This document shows positions 9,267 to 18,694 of a stretch of DNA of 64,000 nt, in pieces; the stretch's first letter is position 1; each line of letters begins with the position of its first letter. Position numbers and translations under genes: made by a program. Below the pieces are notes generated by a model. That model saw nothing but the letters and a program-made list of their open reading frames with translations. It made no database searches and was not told the DNA's origin. The DNA comes from Candidatus Undinarchaeales archaeon (GTDB lineage Archaea > SpSt-1190 > JASMDC01): contig JASMDC010000005.1 of assembly GCA_030753015.1 (NCBI GenBank), positions 1 to 64,000 on the forward strand. The letters run 5' to 3'.

Positions 9267-10415
9267 TCACTTGGCCAGTTCCCGGTAGACCGCAAGCGTT
9301 CCCTCGCACATGGCTGTGCGGTCGAACCGTCCTGCCCGCTCCAGTGCTGCCTTCCCGAACGCTATCCCGCGCTCCCGGTTGGCCAATAGCTCGGTAAGGG
9401 ACTCACCGAAGACGTACCGGTCACGGGGATCACGCACCAGCCCGCTTACCTCGTCCTCTACGAGCTCTGCACACCCTCCCAGGGACGATACTAGGACCGG
9501 TCGACCCCGGGCCATGGCTTCCAAGGCGACCACACCGAAGGGTTCGTAGATGGATGGGAGGACCACGACGTCGGCAGCATCCATCAAACCCCACTTGTGT
9601 GGCAGGTCCAGTGTCTGTTGTATGAAGTGGATCCGAGAGGCCAGGCCCTTGGCCTTGGCGTTGGCCTTCAGGTTCTCGGCATCCGGACCGCTCCCGGCGA
9701 ACACCAGCTGACAGTCGTCCACCTTGCGCGCTGCGAGCGAGAAGGCGGATAGGAGCTCACGACAGCCCTTAGGCTTAGCAATACGGCCGATGAACACTGC
9801 CAATGGCGCGTCCCCAAGGCCCATCGAATGCCTGATATCCTTGGTCGACATTGCCGGCGCGGACGCGATGTCCCTGATCGGGAGGCCATGTGCCACGTGG
9901 CGTATCTTCTCTCCAGGGCACCCTTGATCCCGGGCCTCCTGTGCCATGAACTCGGATGCGACGACCACGAGGTCCGCTGCCTCCACGGCACGTCGCTCCA
10001 GCTTCGCGAGCTGGGGACTGCCTGCTCCCAGGGATCGTCCCTGTTCGGTCGAATGGAGCGTGAGAAGAAATGGGACGCTCTTGGCCTCGGCAAGAGCGGG
10101 AGCAGCGATGGCACCAAGCCAATCATGGGCATGGACAAGGTCGGTGGGCTCCTCCAGTGCCGCGTGATAGGCCGCGAGGTTGTACGCCGTGATGTTTGCC
10201 ATGAACCGTGCTGTGCGGTCACCGCCGAGAAGCTCGGCCAAGTAGGGCCCGACCGGGGCGGGCGCCACGGCATGGATCCGCGGATCATCTACCTTCGAGC
10301 GGGCATAGATAGTGACATCGGCGTCCTTGATCCCCTCTAGCAGGCCTTCCACATGCACCATGAGCCCAGAGGGTGCACCGGGTACGTACTCGGGCACGAG
10401 CATCGATGCCTTCAC
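9267..10415 (-). CDS. GT4 glycosyltransferase
   Basis: VHAHDW, TLHSTEQGR, FIGR..PKG, PSIYEPFGVVALEAMA. Confidence 0.92.
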   Translation of the reverse strand: MKASMLVPEYVPGAPSGLMVHVEGLLEGIKDADVTIYARSKVDDPRIHAVAPAPVGPYLAELLGGDRTARFMANITAYNLAAYHAALEEPTDLVHAHDWLGAIAAPALAEAKSVPFLLTLHSTEQGRSLGAGSPQLAKLERRAVEAADLVVVASEFMAQEARDQGCPGEKIRHVAHGLPIRDIASAPAMSTKDIRHSMGLGDAPLAVFIGRIAKPKGCRELLSAFSLAARKVDDCQLVFAGSGPDAENLKANAKAKGLASRIHFIQQTLDLPHKWGLMDAADVVVLPSIYEPFGVVALEAMARGRPVLVSSLGGCAELVEDEVSGLVRDPRDRYVFGESLTELLANRERGIAFGKAALERAGRFDRTAMCEGTLAVYRELAK

Positions 10416-11191
10416 TCACCTTCACCCCCATCGAAGAGGTACGGGTAAAAGGACTCCTGGAACCGTTCTGTGTGCCTTCCAGACCACCAGTAGTCAGTGT
10501 ACCCCCGTCCGAAGGCCAGGAATCCGGCGAGACGGGTTCCCAGTGACATGGGGGGCTCGTCCACGCCCAGGAAGAGGAGCTTATCGTCCACAAGAAGAAG
10601 AGTGAGGGCAAGACCCTCCCCTCCGATGAACCTGATCATGGCCTCTGCATCGGGGAACCGGCCTTGAGCCTCCTCGCACGCTACGATCCGCACGTCGATC
10701 CCCCGTGACCTTGCTTCTGAGAGTGCGGGCCCGATTCCCGACATTAGCTCGAGCCGTGGATCAATCGCGTGGACCGTTGCCGATGCTGCTCCTACGGCGT
10801 CTCGGGCGGCTGTCACCAGGGCTTTTCTGTTCGGGAGGAACCATAGCTCTCCGGCATCCTGAGGCCCCCCTCTGGAAGCGAACTTCTGTCCCAGCTCGGT
10901 GATGCGCTTCTCGGCCTCCTCCAACTGCTCCCGCTGCTTTGTTACCCGGGGACCGAGGCGATCGGGAGGTAGAGCTGCATACCGTTTAGGACGCTCGGGT
11001 ATGACGCGGGCGAGCCCCGCATCAACGAGACGGTTGAGCACATCGTACACCTTGGACTGAGGTATACCGCTCTCCCGTGTCACAGCACTCGGTTTCGCCT
11101 CACCAAGTCGCACCAATGCCTCGTAGGCCTTGGCCTCGTACTCACTTAGACCCAGAAGGGCGAGCGCGCCCATCACCGACAGTCCGGACAT
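10412..11191 (-). CDS. trmB: TrmB-family transcriptional regulator
   Basis: LGLSEYEAKAYEAL...SGIPQSKVYDVLNRL wHTH plus a PLD-like C-terminal domain. Start trimmed to the ATG at 11191 (or 11173). Confidence 0.9.
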   Translation of the reverse strand: MSGLSVMGALALLGLSEYEAKAYEALVRLGEAKPSAVTRESGIPQSKVYDVLNRLVDAGLARVIPERPKRYAALPPDRLGPRVTKQREQLEEAEKRITELGQKFASRGGPQDAGELWFLPNRKALVTAARDAVGAASATVHAIDPRLELMSGIGPALSEARSRGIDVRIVACEEAQGRFPDAEAMIRFIGGEGLALTLLLVDDKLLFLGVDEPPMSLGTRLAGFLAFGRGYTDYWWSGRHTERFQESFYPYLFDGGEGE

Positions 11192-11239
11192 GTTTTTTCC
11201 ATCGCCATGCAACTTTTTATGTAAGGATATCGAGTTTGT

Positions 11240-11254
11240 TACTACTCTATAGTA
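11240..11254. promoter_or_regulatory. Candidate TrmB operator TACT-N7-AGTA between divergent trmB and GH15
   Basis: TACTACTCTATAGTA. It shares TTACTACTC with the site at 606-614. Confidence 0.55.
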
Positions 11255-11312
11255 GTTAGAACCCTTGCGGTGGTTCCAATCCCCTATATATACAGCCTGA
11301 CTATAATATATC

Positions 11313-13184
11313 GTGGATGGGGCGCCGATATTCGCATATCGTGACACCGGTAGCGAGCACGTCACTCCAGCCACTGCGGGCACCCTCGAGGATTACGGGA
11401 TGGTCGGCAACGGCGAGACCGTATCTCTCATCAGCCCGTACGCCTCCGTGGATTGGCTGTGCACGAACCGGTTCGACGAGGATCCGGTATTCGCCCGCCG
11501 TATCGGAGGGGGCTACCTGGACATGTCCGTACGGTACAATGGTCGGACCGTGGCTCTCAAGAACCTGGGTGATGCTGAACAGGAATACATCAAGGACACC
11601 AACGTGCTCCACACCACCGTGGAGAACGACGATCTCCGGGTCGACGTGTACGACGCCATGCCCTGGGGTCGAAAATACCTAGGCCGCCGTGTCGTCGTGA
11701 CCTCCAAGGGCGAGGACCGTGACGTGGCGATCAAGCTCACGTCTGAACAAAGCCACTACCCCGGTCTGGCCGAGAAGTCGGTGTACGACCGGGCAAACGA
11801 TATCACCCTCTACGAGAACAAGATCTCGTCTCTGGCCATCGCTGCGGACCGCAAGGCCCGCCGGGGATTGTACGACCTCGGGACGATCGAGCATGACAAG
11901 ACCTCGACCTTCGACCTGGTCGTCGCCTACGGCAGGGACAGGAACACCGCAACCCAAGAGGCCAAGCGCGGTCAGCAGCTTGACATGAAGACCGTTATCG
12001 AGCAGGAGGCCACCTACTGGCGCGACTGGCTCGGGGACACCAAGTCCCACACTCATGACGTCCGGCGGGGCCTGCTCGCCATGAAGCTCCTTACCTACGA
12101 GGAGACGGGAGCCATGGTGGCCGCACCCACAGCGTCCTTCCCGGCCGTGCCCGGGGGCGAGGACAACTGGGACTACCGGTTCTGCTGGCTCCGCGACGGC
12201 TTCCTTGGCGCCGAGGCATTCGACCGGGCCGGCAAGCACAAGGAGGCCGGGGCGTTCTACAACTGGGCCTTCAAGCTCCAGGGGAAGGATGGCCACTGGG
12301 CCCACCCCCTCTACGGCATCGACGGCAAGGCCGCCAAGGAGGAGTTCTCCGTCCACGCCCTCCAGGGGCCCAAGGGGGAGAAGCCCATCAGGTTCGGCAA
12401 TGCCGCCAAGGACCAGCTCCAGCTCGACAGCGAGGGGAGCATCCTGGACGGTGTGCTCACCCACTACAAGACGAGCGGCGACAAGGCGTTCCTCGAGCAG
12501 CACTACACCGGTATCAAAAAGGCCGCGAACTGGATCGAGAAGAACTGGCATCGCAAGGAGAACGGCATTTGGGAGGTGCGCGACGACGACAACGAGGGCG
12601 GTGACGTCTGGTGGCGCACGGGCAAGTCCAACTGGGCGTACGGCAAGACGATGTGCTACGCTGGGCTCCAGGCGGCAGCCGAGATCGCCGACATTCTCGG
12701 CAAGGACAAGCAGAGCGCCACACGGTGGCGCGGCACCGCTGACACCGTGAAGGAGGACGTCCTCCAGAAGGTGTGGTCCGATGACAAGGGCGCCTTCACT
12801 CAGGGCTACGAACGGGACGTCATCGACATCTCGGTCCTCCCCATGGTGTTCTATGGGATGGTCGACGCCAAGGATCCCAGAATGGTCCAGACGGTGGAGG
12901 TCATGGAGAAGGCCCTTCTCAAGCGGGGCGGGATCGCTCGACATGAGGATGCCGACCTCCCCTTCTACCTGCCCACCCTCTGGCTGGCCCGCTACTACAC
13001 CCGCGCTGGTGACATCGACCGCGCGGACGAGCTCATCGAGACCTGTCGCGAGGCATCCACCACCCTCGGCCTCATGGCCGAGCACTACGACGGTGTCACC
13101 GGCGGTCAGTGGGGCAACTTCCCCCAGCTATTCTCCCATGAGGAGATGGTCAAGGCCTCGATGGAACTCCACGGGAAGAAGTAG
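11313..13184 (+). CDS. GH15 glycoside hydrolase (trehalase/glucoamylase)
   Basis: YGMVGNGET, GAMVAAPTAS.P, NWDYRFCWLRD, QLD, GIWEVR, MAEH, GNFPQLFSH. Confidence 0.95.
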   Translation: MDGAPIFAYRDTGSEHVTPATAGTLEDYGMVGNGETVSLISPYASVDWLCTNRFDEDPVFARRIGGGYLDMSVRYNGRTVALKNLGDAEQEYIKDTNVLHTTVENDDLRVDVYDAMPWGRKYLGRRVVVTSKGEDRDVAIKLTSEQSHYPGLAEKSVYDRANDITLYENKISSLAIAADRKARRGLYDLGTIEHDKTSTFDLVVAYGRDRNTATQEAKRGQQLDMKTVIEQEATYWRDWLGDTKSHTHDVRRGLLAMKLLTYEETGAMVAAPTASFPAVPGGEDNWDYRFCWLRDGFLGAEAFDRAGKHKEAGAFYNWAFKLQGKDGHWAHPLYGIDGKAAKEEFSVHALQGPKGEKPIRFGNAAKDQLQLDSEGSILDGVLTHYKTSGDKAFLEQHYTGIKKAANWIEKNWHRKENGIWEVRDDDNEGGDVWWRTGKSNWAYGKTMCYAGLQAAAEIADILGKDKQSATRWRGTADTVKEDVLQKVWSDDKGAFTQGYERDVIDISVLPMVFYGMVDAKDPRMVQTVEVMEKALLKRGGIARHEDADLPFYLPTLWLARYYTRAGDIDRADELIETCREASTTLGLMAEHYDGVTGGQWGNFPQLFSHEEMVKASMELHGKK

Positions 13185-13202
13185 CAGGGGCGAAGTCCGT
13201 CC

Positions 13203-15506
13203 CTAGATCCCCGCGGGGTACCGCTTCCGGTCGGCGAGCTCAGCGACCTTGCCCGCATTCCAGCCCGAGACCTTCTGGTAGTAGCCGGTGATACGGGAGT
13301 AACCGTCCACGTTCTTTGATGTGCACTTCACGCACGAGGGCACTAGCTCCGGGTGGACCGAGTCACAGTCACCGCAGAGGGTGAAGTCCTTTGTGTAGGC
13401 GAAGTAGCCCGTCAGCGTGTTGCTGAGGATGCGTTCGGTAAGGCTGTTCAGGGCGTCAGGGGAGGGGTGGGCCTCGCCCAGCCAGATGTGGGTCATAGCG
13501 CCGCCCGAGAGCAGCGGGTGGAATGCAGCCTCACGCTTGATGCGCTCGAAGAGGGGCAGATCGGCCGAGGGCCTGATATGGGTAGAGTTGGTGTAGTAGG
13601 CCCCGCCCTTCTCGGGTTCGCCCTGATAGAAGGCGCGTGTGCCGTGTCGCTTGATGTCCAAGGTTGCCAAGCGATTGGCAGTACTCTCCGCGGGGGTACG
13701 GGAAAGGCCGAACATCAGTCCCATCTCCTCCGAAAGCTCGTTACAGACGCTGGACATCTCTTTTACGGTATTGAGGCCGAAGGCCCATGCTCCGGTCGAC
13801 TCATGCAGTTCCTCGCCGGTGTGGAGCTTGACCATCTCGTTGAGACCGACCAGGCCGATCTCCAAGGCCTGCTTGTCCACCTCGAGGTACAGGGTTCCCG
13901 TGTCGTCTATCGGTTGTGAGAGGAAGGGGAGCGAGCCCTGTTCAATGCGCTTGTTGATAATGTCGCGCTTCACCACGTGGACGTCGCGTGCGATGTTCAT
14001 GCGCTCGTGCAGTAGCTCCATGAGCACCTCGTCGCTCCCCTTGGCCTCCAGGGCCAGGTTAGGGAGGTTGAGAGTGACCACCTGGAGCGCGCCGCCACGG
14101 ACAGTACCACGTAAGAGGTCAGCATCATTGTTCTGCTCCGAGAGGGGCATCATGAACGAGCAGCACTGGTAGCAGGCGTACTCGGGCATGTAGTCCTGCT
14201 GGAGGAAGTAGTACGGAGTGCCGAACTTCGCCGCAAGGGCGTCCACTGCCTTGATGTCATCGGGGCGCTCCTTGAGGTCCTCCTTGGTGACCTTCACCTC
14301 GCATTTCGGGAAGTTGAAGGGCTTGCCCTTGTAGTCGCCCTCGGAGAATACATCGATAATGGCCTTGAAGAACTGGTTGGTCTCCTTCTGGAAGTCACCA
14401 TAGGTGATGTTCTTATCGACCTTCCCTCCAGGGAGCACGGCGGGGACGTCGAGCAGCTGCTTGGGTACCGAGGGCTCGATGTCGATGGACGAGAACACGG
14501 TCTGGCCGCCTCGTGCGACATAGATCTGGCTCATTTCGTAGATGAACATCTGGGCCAGCTGCTTCATCTCTTTGTAGGACTTCCCCTTCATGTAGGGTGC
14601 CAGGAGGGTGTTGAACCAGTTGTAGCCCTGGCCTCCGGCACAGTTCGTCTGGGCCGAGGCAAGCACCTTGGTCGCATGGAGGATGGCCACCGCCGCGTGA
14701 TTGGCTGGCCCGGCAGATGCAGAGTGGATGCCGGAGCCATCAGCGTTGTAGCCGTTGCGCAGGAAGAAGCGCAGGTCATGTGAGAAGCAGAAAGGTCTGA
14801 GAACGAAGTAGTCCAGGTCGTGGATGTGGATCTTGCCCTGGAGGTGGGCGTCGGCCGCGTACTGGGGGAGGGCATTGAGCAGGGCGTACTCCTTGAACAG
14901 GTGGTCGCCGGCCAGCTTGTGGATGGTCTCCGAGTTGTACTGGAGGTTCGCGTTCTCCCGGGATCGGTTCTCCACGAGGCGCGTGAGGTCGAACACCGGC
15001 ATCCCCACCCGGGTATACACCGACCGCTCGGTCTCATGGCCCCGCTTCAGTAGCTCGAAGTTGACTATCTCACGGATCATGGGTGCTGATACGAAGGCCA
15101 GCTTGTTCTTCTTCAGGAAGCGTTCCACGTCACAGCCGATATCGTGAGCGTCCGAGCGCTTGATCCCCGTCTCCTTCACGAGCGAATCCTCCACCCGATA
15201 GCGGGCGAACCGCTCGTAGGATTCGCGGGATGTGCGAACGTAGATGGGGGACACCTTCATGAACTTGGAAGCGGCCTTCCGGTCCCTCTTGCGCAGCGCC
15301 TCGAAGATGAGAGGCTTGATGTCGCTCATCTTCATGTGGGGCTTGATCATGTACTCCACCTCCCGAGTGACCTCCTCAGCGACCTCATAGGTGGCGCCCG
15401 CGGACATGCACAGGGTAGCGATCTTATCGGGCTCGACCATCTCGGCCTCGATGAACCAGTAGGTCAGTTTATTGGGATTGTGCATGGATGGATCGGGGGG
15501 GACCAC
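13203..15506 (-). CDS. nrdD: Anaerobic (class III) ribonucleoside-triphosphate reductase with N-terminal ATP-cone region
   Basis: IHIHDLD, TPAEST, YYTNS, CxxC...CxxC zinc site and YSRITGYY glycyl-radical motif. Start uncertain. Confidence 0.95.
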   Translation of the reverse strand: MVPPDPSMHNPNKLTYWFIEAEMVEPDKIATLCMSAGATYEVAEEVTREVEYMIKPHMKMSDIKPLIFEALRKRDRKAASKFMKVSPIYVRTSRESYERFARYRVEDSLVKETGIKRSDAHDIGCDVERFLKKNKLAFVSAPMIREIVNFELLKRGHETERSVYTRVGMPVFDLTRLVENRSRENANLQYNSETIHKLAGDHLFKEYALLNALPQYAADAHLQGKIHIHDLDYFVLRPFCFSHDLRFFLRNGYNADGSGIHSASAGPANHAAVAILHATKVLASAQTNCAGGQGYNWFNTLLAPYMKGKSYKEMKQLAQMFIYEMSQIYVARGGQTVFSSIDIEPSVPKQLLDVPAVLPGGKVDKNITYGDFQKETNQFFKAIIDVFSEGDYKGKPFNFPKCEVKVTKEDLKERPDDIKAVDALAAKFGTPYYFLQQDYMPEYACYQCCSFMMPLSEQNNDADLLRGTVRGGALQVVTLNLPNLALEAKGSDEVLMELLHERMNIARDVHVVKRDIINKRIEQGSLPFLSQPIDDTGTLYLEVDKQALEIGLVGLNEMVKLHTGEELHESTGAWAFGLNTVKEMSSVCNELSEEMGLMFGLSRTPAESTANRLATLDIKRHGTRAFYQGEPEKGGAYYTNSTHIRPSADLPLFERIKREAAFHPLLSGGAMTHIWLGEAHPSPDALNSLTERILSNTLTGYFAYTKDFTLCGDCDSVHPELVPSCVKCTSKNVDGYSRITGYYQKVSGWNAGKVAELADRKRYPAGI

Positions 15507-15821
15507 AATAATCTTACTCCTGTCCCTAGGATTCTGGGATGGGTTCCGCCCGGGGGTGGGGGTGGGTGGAAATACCTTTCTTCGAAGGGGATAAAGATAG
15601 AATAAATGATTCTTTATATTTCCATCCTTGGGCGGTGCCGTACCGGTATTCCCGATCCGCGGATATCGTGCAGGATTGGGCTCAGGGACATCGTTTTTCG
15701 AAGTCTTTATAAACGCAGAGGCCGATTGTTAAGGTATCCCCCCAGATAGTGTTTAATTAAGACTGTTCAGGCGTGATCGGTAGACCACACACTTTTAAGC
15801 ATCACACCCGAGCTTACGGTC

Positions 15822-16391
15822 GTGCTCGATGACATATCCGGGTGCACGAGATGTGCCTTGGCTGAGCGACGTGCCCGCATCGTCGTCGGTGACGGGGATG
15901 CCAGCGCCCGTGTCATGCTCATCGGCGAGGCCCCCGGCGCCAAGGAGGACCGCACCGGCAAGCCCTTCGTGGGAGCTGCAGGACGGTTCCTGAACGAGCT
16001 CCTGGACGTGGCCGGGCTGCGACGTGATGAGGTCTACATCACGAACGTGGTCAAGTGCAGACCCCCGGGGAACCGCGATCCAAAGCCCGGGGAGATCAGC
16101 GCCTGTCGCCCCTTCCTGGAGCGCCAGCTCTCCGAGGTCCGCCCCGATATGGTGATCACCCTTGGGAGGGTCGCCGCCAAGGACTTCCTGGGAAGGAAGG
16201 TATCGATCACCCATGAGCACGGGACGGTGGTCGAGCACGGCGCCCTCAGAGTGTTCCTTTCGTTCCACCCAGCGGCCGCTCTCTACAATCCAAAGCTCCG
16301 TGACGTGCTGGTCGAGGACTTCGGCCAACTTCGAGAAGCGCTGGAGAACCGCGGCGGCACCCTGGCAACGACACTGGACCAGTTCTTTTGA
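15822..16391 (+). CDS. udg: Family 4 uracil-DNA glycosylase
   Basis: CTRC, IGEAPG..ED..GKPFVG, NVVKCRPP.NR, FHPAA. Confidence 0.95.
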   Translation: MLDDISGCTRCALAERRARIVVGDGDASARVMLIGEAPGAKEDRTGKPFVGAAGRFLNELLDVAGLRRDEVYITNVVKCRPPGNRDPKPGEISACRPFLERQLSEVRPDMVITLGRVAAKDFLGRKVSITHEHGTVVEHGALRVFLSFHPAAALYNPKLRDVLVEDFGQLREALENRGGTLATTLDQFF

Positions 16392-16415
16392 TCGTGAGCT
16401 AGAGAGAGAGCGTCC

Positions 16416-17180
16416 CTATCTGAACATCACATCGGACGGCGAGATCGAGGACGCTCCCGGGGCTAGCTCTTCTGCACGCTCCTTCACCTGACGGACCTCG
16501 GCCTCGATGAGTTCTGCCTGTTGGAGGAGCGGTTCAGCATCGACGCGGAGCTCAGGTAGAAGGGTCGATAGGGCCTGGATCAGGTTTGCCGCCGCTCGAG
16601 CGTCCGGGTATTCCTGGTGTGCTTCCGATATCAAGCAGAACATGTCCTGGGAGCTGTGCTCGGCGAGATATAGCAGCACGCCGGAGAGCCCGCCAACAAC
16701 CCCGTTCTCCATGGTGGAGACCTCATAGTCCTTGAGCAGCTGTTTCATATTATCCGTGGAAGTGACGCCGATGGTGTTCAGCGGCTCTTCCTTGACAGGC
16801 ATCGACTCTAGAGAGACCACGACGGGCGCGCCCTTATCCTTGGCCCAGTCGAGGATCTTGGCAGCGAGCGGCTTGACAAGCGGGGCTGGGGGAACGAACT
16901 CGGACATGACCACGATGAAGCTAGAGCAGATCCGCTCGCCCTTGTACACACGCTTACCCCCATAGATACGCACAGGAGGAAGTGGTACACCGTCATGCAC
17001 CACGGCCGCTGGCTGGAACGCTGTCGCGTCCATACCCCCGATGCGCTTGAGCTTGAGGGTCGTCGCGATGAAGTTGGCCGCGATGGAGCTTACCACACCC
17101 ATGGTAGGGAAGCATACGAGGACAAGGGGGTTCTTGAGCTCTTTCATTTTCTTCTGGTAGATCGTGATCTCGTCGGTCAT
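16416..17180 (-). CDS. PAC2-family proteasome assembly chaperone-like protein
   Basis: FPTMGVVSSIAA, PPVRIY, GGLSGVLL, YPDARAAA. Confidence 0.88.
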   Translation of the reverse strand: MTDEITIYQKKMKELKNPLVLVCFPTMGVVSSIAANFIATTLKLKRIGGMDATAFQPAAVVHDGVPLPPVRIYGGKRVYKGERICSSFIVVMSEFVPPAPLVKPLAAKILDWAKDKGAPVVVSLESMPVKEEPLNTIGVTSTDNMKQLLKDYEVSTMENGVVGGLSGVLLYLAEHSSQDMFCLISEAHQEYPDARAAANLIQALSTLLPELRVDAEPLLQQAELIEAEVRQVKERAEELAPGASSISPSDVMFR

Positions 17181-17245
17181 CCCGTCTCTCACCGCTATAG
17201 GGTATGCAGCACAGCAATAAAAAGATTGTCAGCCGGGGATACACC

Positions 17246-17764
17246 ATGTCCCTCAACGTCATGCTCCTCGCCCAGGAGCTCGGCCGCCTCAAGCGTGTTC
17301 CCCGGACGGGTTGGGCACTACGCGGCGTCCCTGAGCCCGAGTCTGTCGCGGACCATACGTACCGCACGGCCGTTCTCGCCATGGTCCTCGGTGACCGCCT
17401 TGGGCTCGATACGGATCGCATGGTGCGCATGGCGCTCCTTCACGAGCTGTCCGAATGCCGGACGGGCGACATCCCGTCGGGGGCCATCCCGACCGAGCAG
17501 AAGACCGCGCTCGAGCGTAACTTGGCAAGGGACCTGCTCACCGCCGCCGGCGACGAGGGACCGTACCGGGAGCTCATCGAGGACTTCCTTGAAGGGAGGA
17601 GCCGGGAGGCGCGGCTCGTCCGTGACCTGGACAGGTTTGAGATGCTCCTTCAGGCGCTGGAGTACCAGGACGCGGGATTCCCGGTGTTCGAGGAGTTCTA
17701 CGCCAACACGATCGAGTCCATCCGTGAGCCCGAGGTACGGGCGCTTGCGGAGGCCCTGCGGTGA
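17246..17764 (+). CDS. HD-domain 5'-deoxynucleotidase (YfbR/HDDC2-like)
   Basis: LKRVPRTGW, ESVADH, LLHELSE..TGD, RDLDRFEM. Confidence 0.9.
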   Translation: MSLNVMLLAQELGRLKRVPRTGWALRGVPEPESVADHTYRTAVLAMVLGDRLGLDTDRMVRMALLHELSECRTGDIPSGAIPTEQKTALERNLARDLLTAAGDEGPYRELIEDFLEGRSREARLVRDLDRFEMLLQALEYQDAGFPVFEEFYANTIESIREPEVRALAEALR

Positions 17765-18183
17765 GGTCCTACGAGTTCCTCCCCCACACGGCGGACATCA
17801 AGGTCCTGGCCCGAGGCGACACTCTGGCCGAGGCCGTAATGGCAGCAGCCGACGCACTACTGGCATCCATAACCGATCTCAGCAAGGTCCAGGACAACGA
17901 AGTGATCGATATCACCATACGCCAGCCCGACCTCGAAACGCTGCTGGTCTCGGCATTGGAGGAGCTGTTGTTCTATCACGAGACCGAGGGGATGGTGTTC
18001 AAACAACTCGCAGTAGCACGTGTGGAGGAAGGTCCCGACGGGTGGCTCCTCCATGGAAAGGCCCACGGCCAGTTCATCTCCGGCCATCTCATCGAGACCG
18101 AGATCAAGGCCATCACGTACAACGATATCCGCGTGGAGCGCGAAGGGAGCGGCTGGATCGTCCAGATCGTGTTCGATATCTGA
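17761..18183 (+). CDS. Archease
   Basis: YEFLPHTAD, EIKAITY, C-terminal FDI. Confidence 0.95.
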   Translation: MRSYEFLPHTADIKVLARGDTLAEAVMAAADALLASITDLSKVQDNEVIDITIRQPDLETLLVSALEELLFYHETEGMVFKQLAVARVEEGPDGWLLHGKAHGQFISGHLIETEIKAITYNDIRVEREGSGWIVQIVFDI

Positions 18184-18370
18184 AGAGGGCGGCGTACCGC
18201 AGGATATTTACACCGGGTTTGAGACAGAAAGCTCATCCGATTCATGGGTGGGATGAATGGTGTGTTCCCCGAGGGGGACCAAACCCGAAAAATACTATGA
18301 CCACACGAATACCGGCACCTTTTAGAATTTTACCCCTGAGCTGAACGGCCTCGTTCTTGAAAACGCATAA

Positions 18371-18386
18371 CGGAAACGTATATATT
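18371..18386 (+). promoter_or_regulatory. BRE-TATA for the putative antisense RNA
   Basis: CGGAAAC-GTATATAT, with an expected transcription start near 18402-18406. No plus-strand gene follows. Confidence 0.55.
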
Positions 18387-18401
18387 GTTGTCGAGAAATA
18401 G

Positions 18402-18501
18402 TCGTATAGCTGCTCCAACCCCCCTCGAGGGGGGTCGGCGGCTCGGGGCGCAGCCCCGTGCCGCCGGGGGGGTGGCTTCATTGCATCAACTCCCTTTTTT
18501 T
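18402..18501 (+). ncRNA. Putative split-antisense sRNA to the transposase translation-initiation region
   Basis: Arms 18403-18417 and 18481-18493 match 19657-19684 (27/28 nt) around two GC hairpins. TATA upstream and T7 tract at 18495-18501. Confidence 0.6.
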
Positions 18502-18513
18502 CCTTCTCACATC

Positions 18514-18681
18514 GGGACAGGATGTATACCGCACGCACCTTTCGAGGCTCTGGGCCTATGCTGGTTAGGGGTTGAGGAGCTCACCAGTCACGCCGTGAGG
18601 ATTCCCCCGGTCCATTGAGGCATAGTCGAAGATCGGACCGAGCTCATCTCCTTAGCCGGTATTTGGTGATGTTCCTGTCCC
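18514..18681 (-). ncRNA. Putative bridge RNA / seekRNA
   Basis: 9-bp closing stem GGGACAGGA/TCCTGTCCC. An internal loop closed by TCACCA/TGGTGA carries AATACCGGC and GGCGTG, matching the two flanks of the element. AAAGGTG matches the element right end plus core. Confidence 0.75.
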
Positions 18682-18694
18682 TTCAGATGAAGGA

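Noticed and set aside
15536-15570. G-run cluster (possible G-quadruplex) upstream of nrdD
   Set aside because: It is on the template strand of a GC-rich genome and has no supporting evidence.
18242-18538. 98-aa minus-strand ORF with the same SD-ATG context and EQLY as the transposase start
   Set aside because: It is low-complexity, runs through hairpins and the IS end, and is explained as the reverse complement of the proposed antisense RNA.
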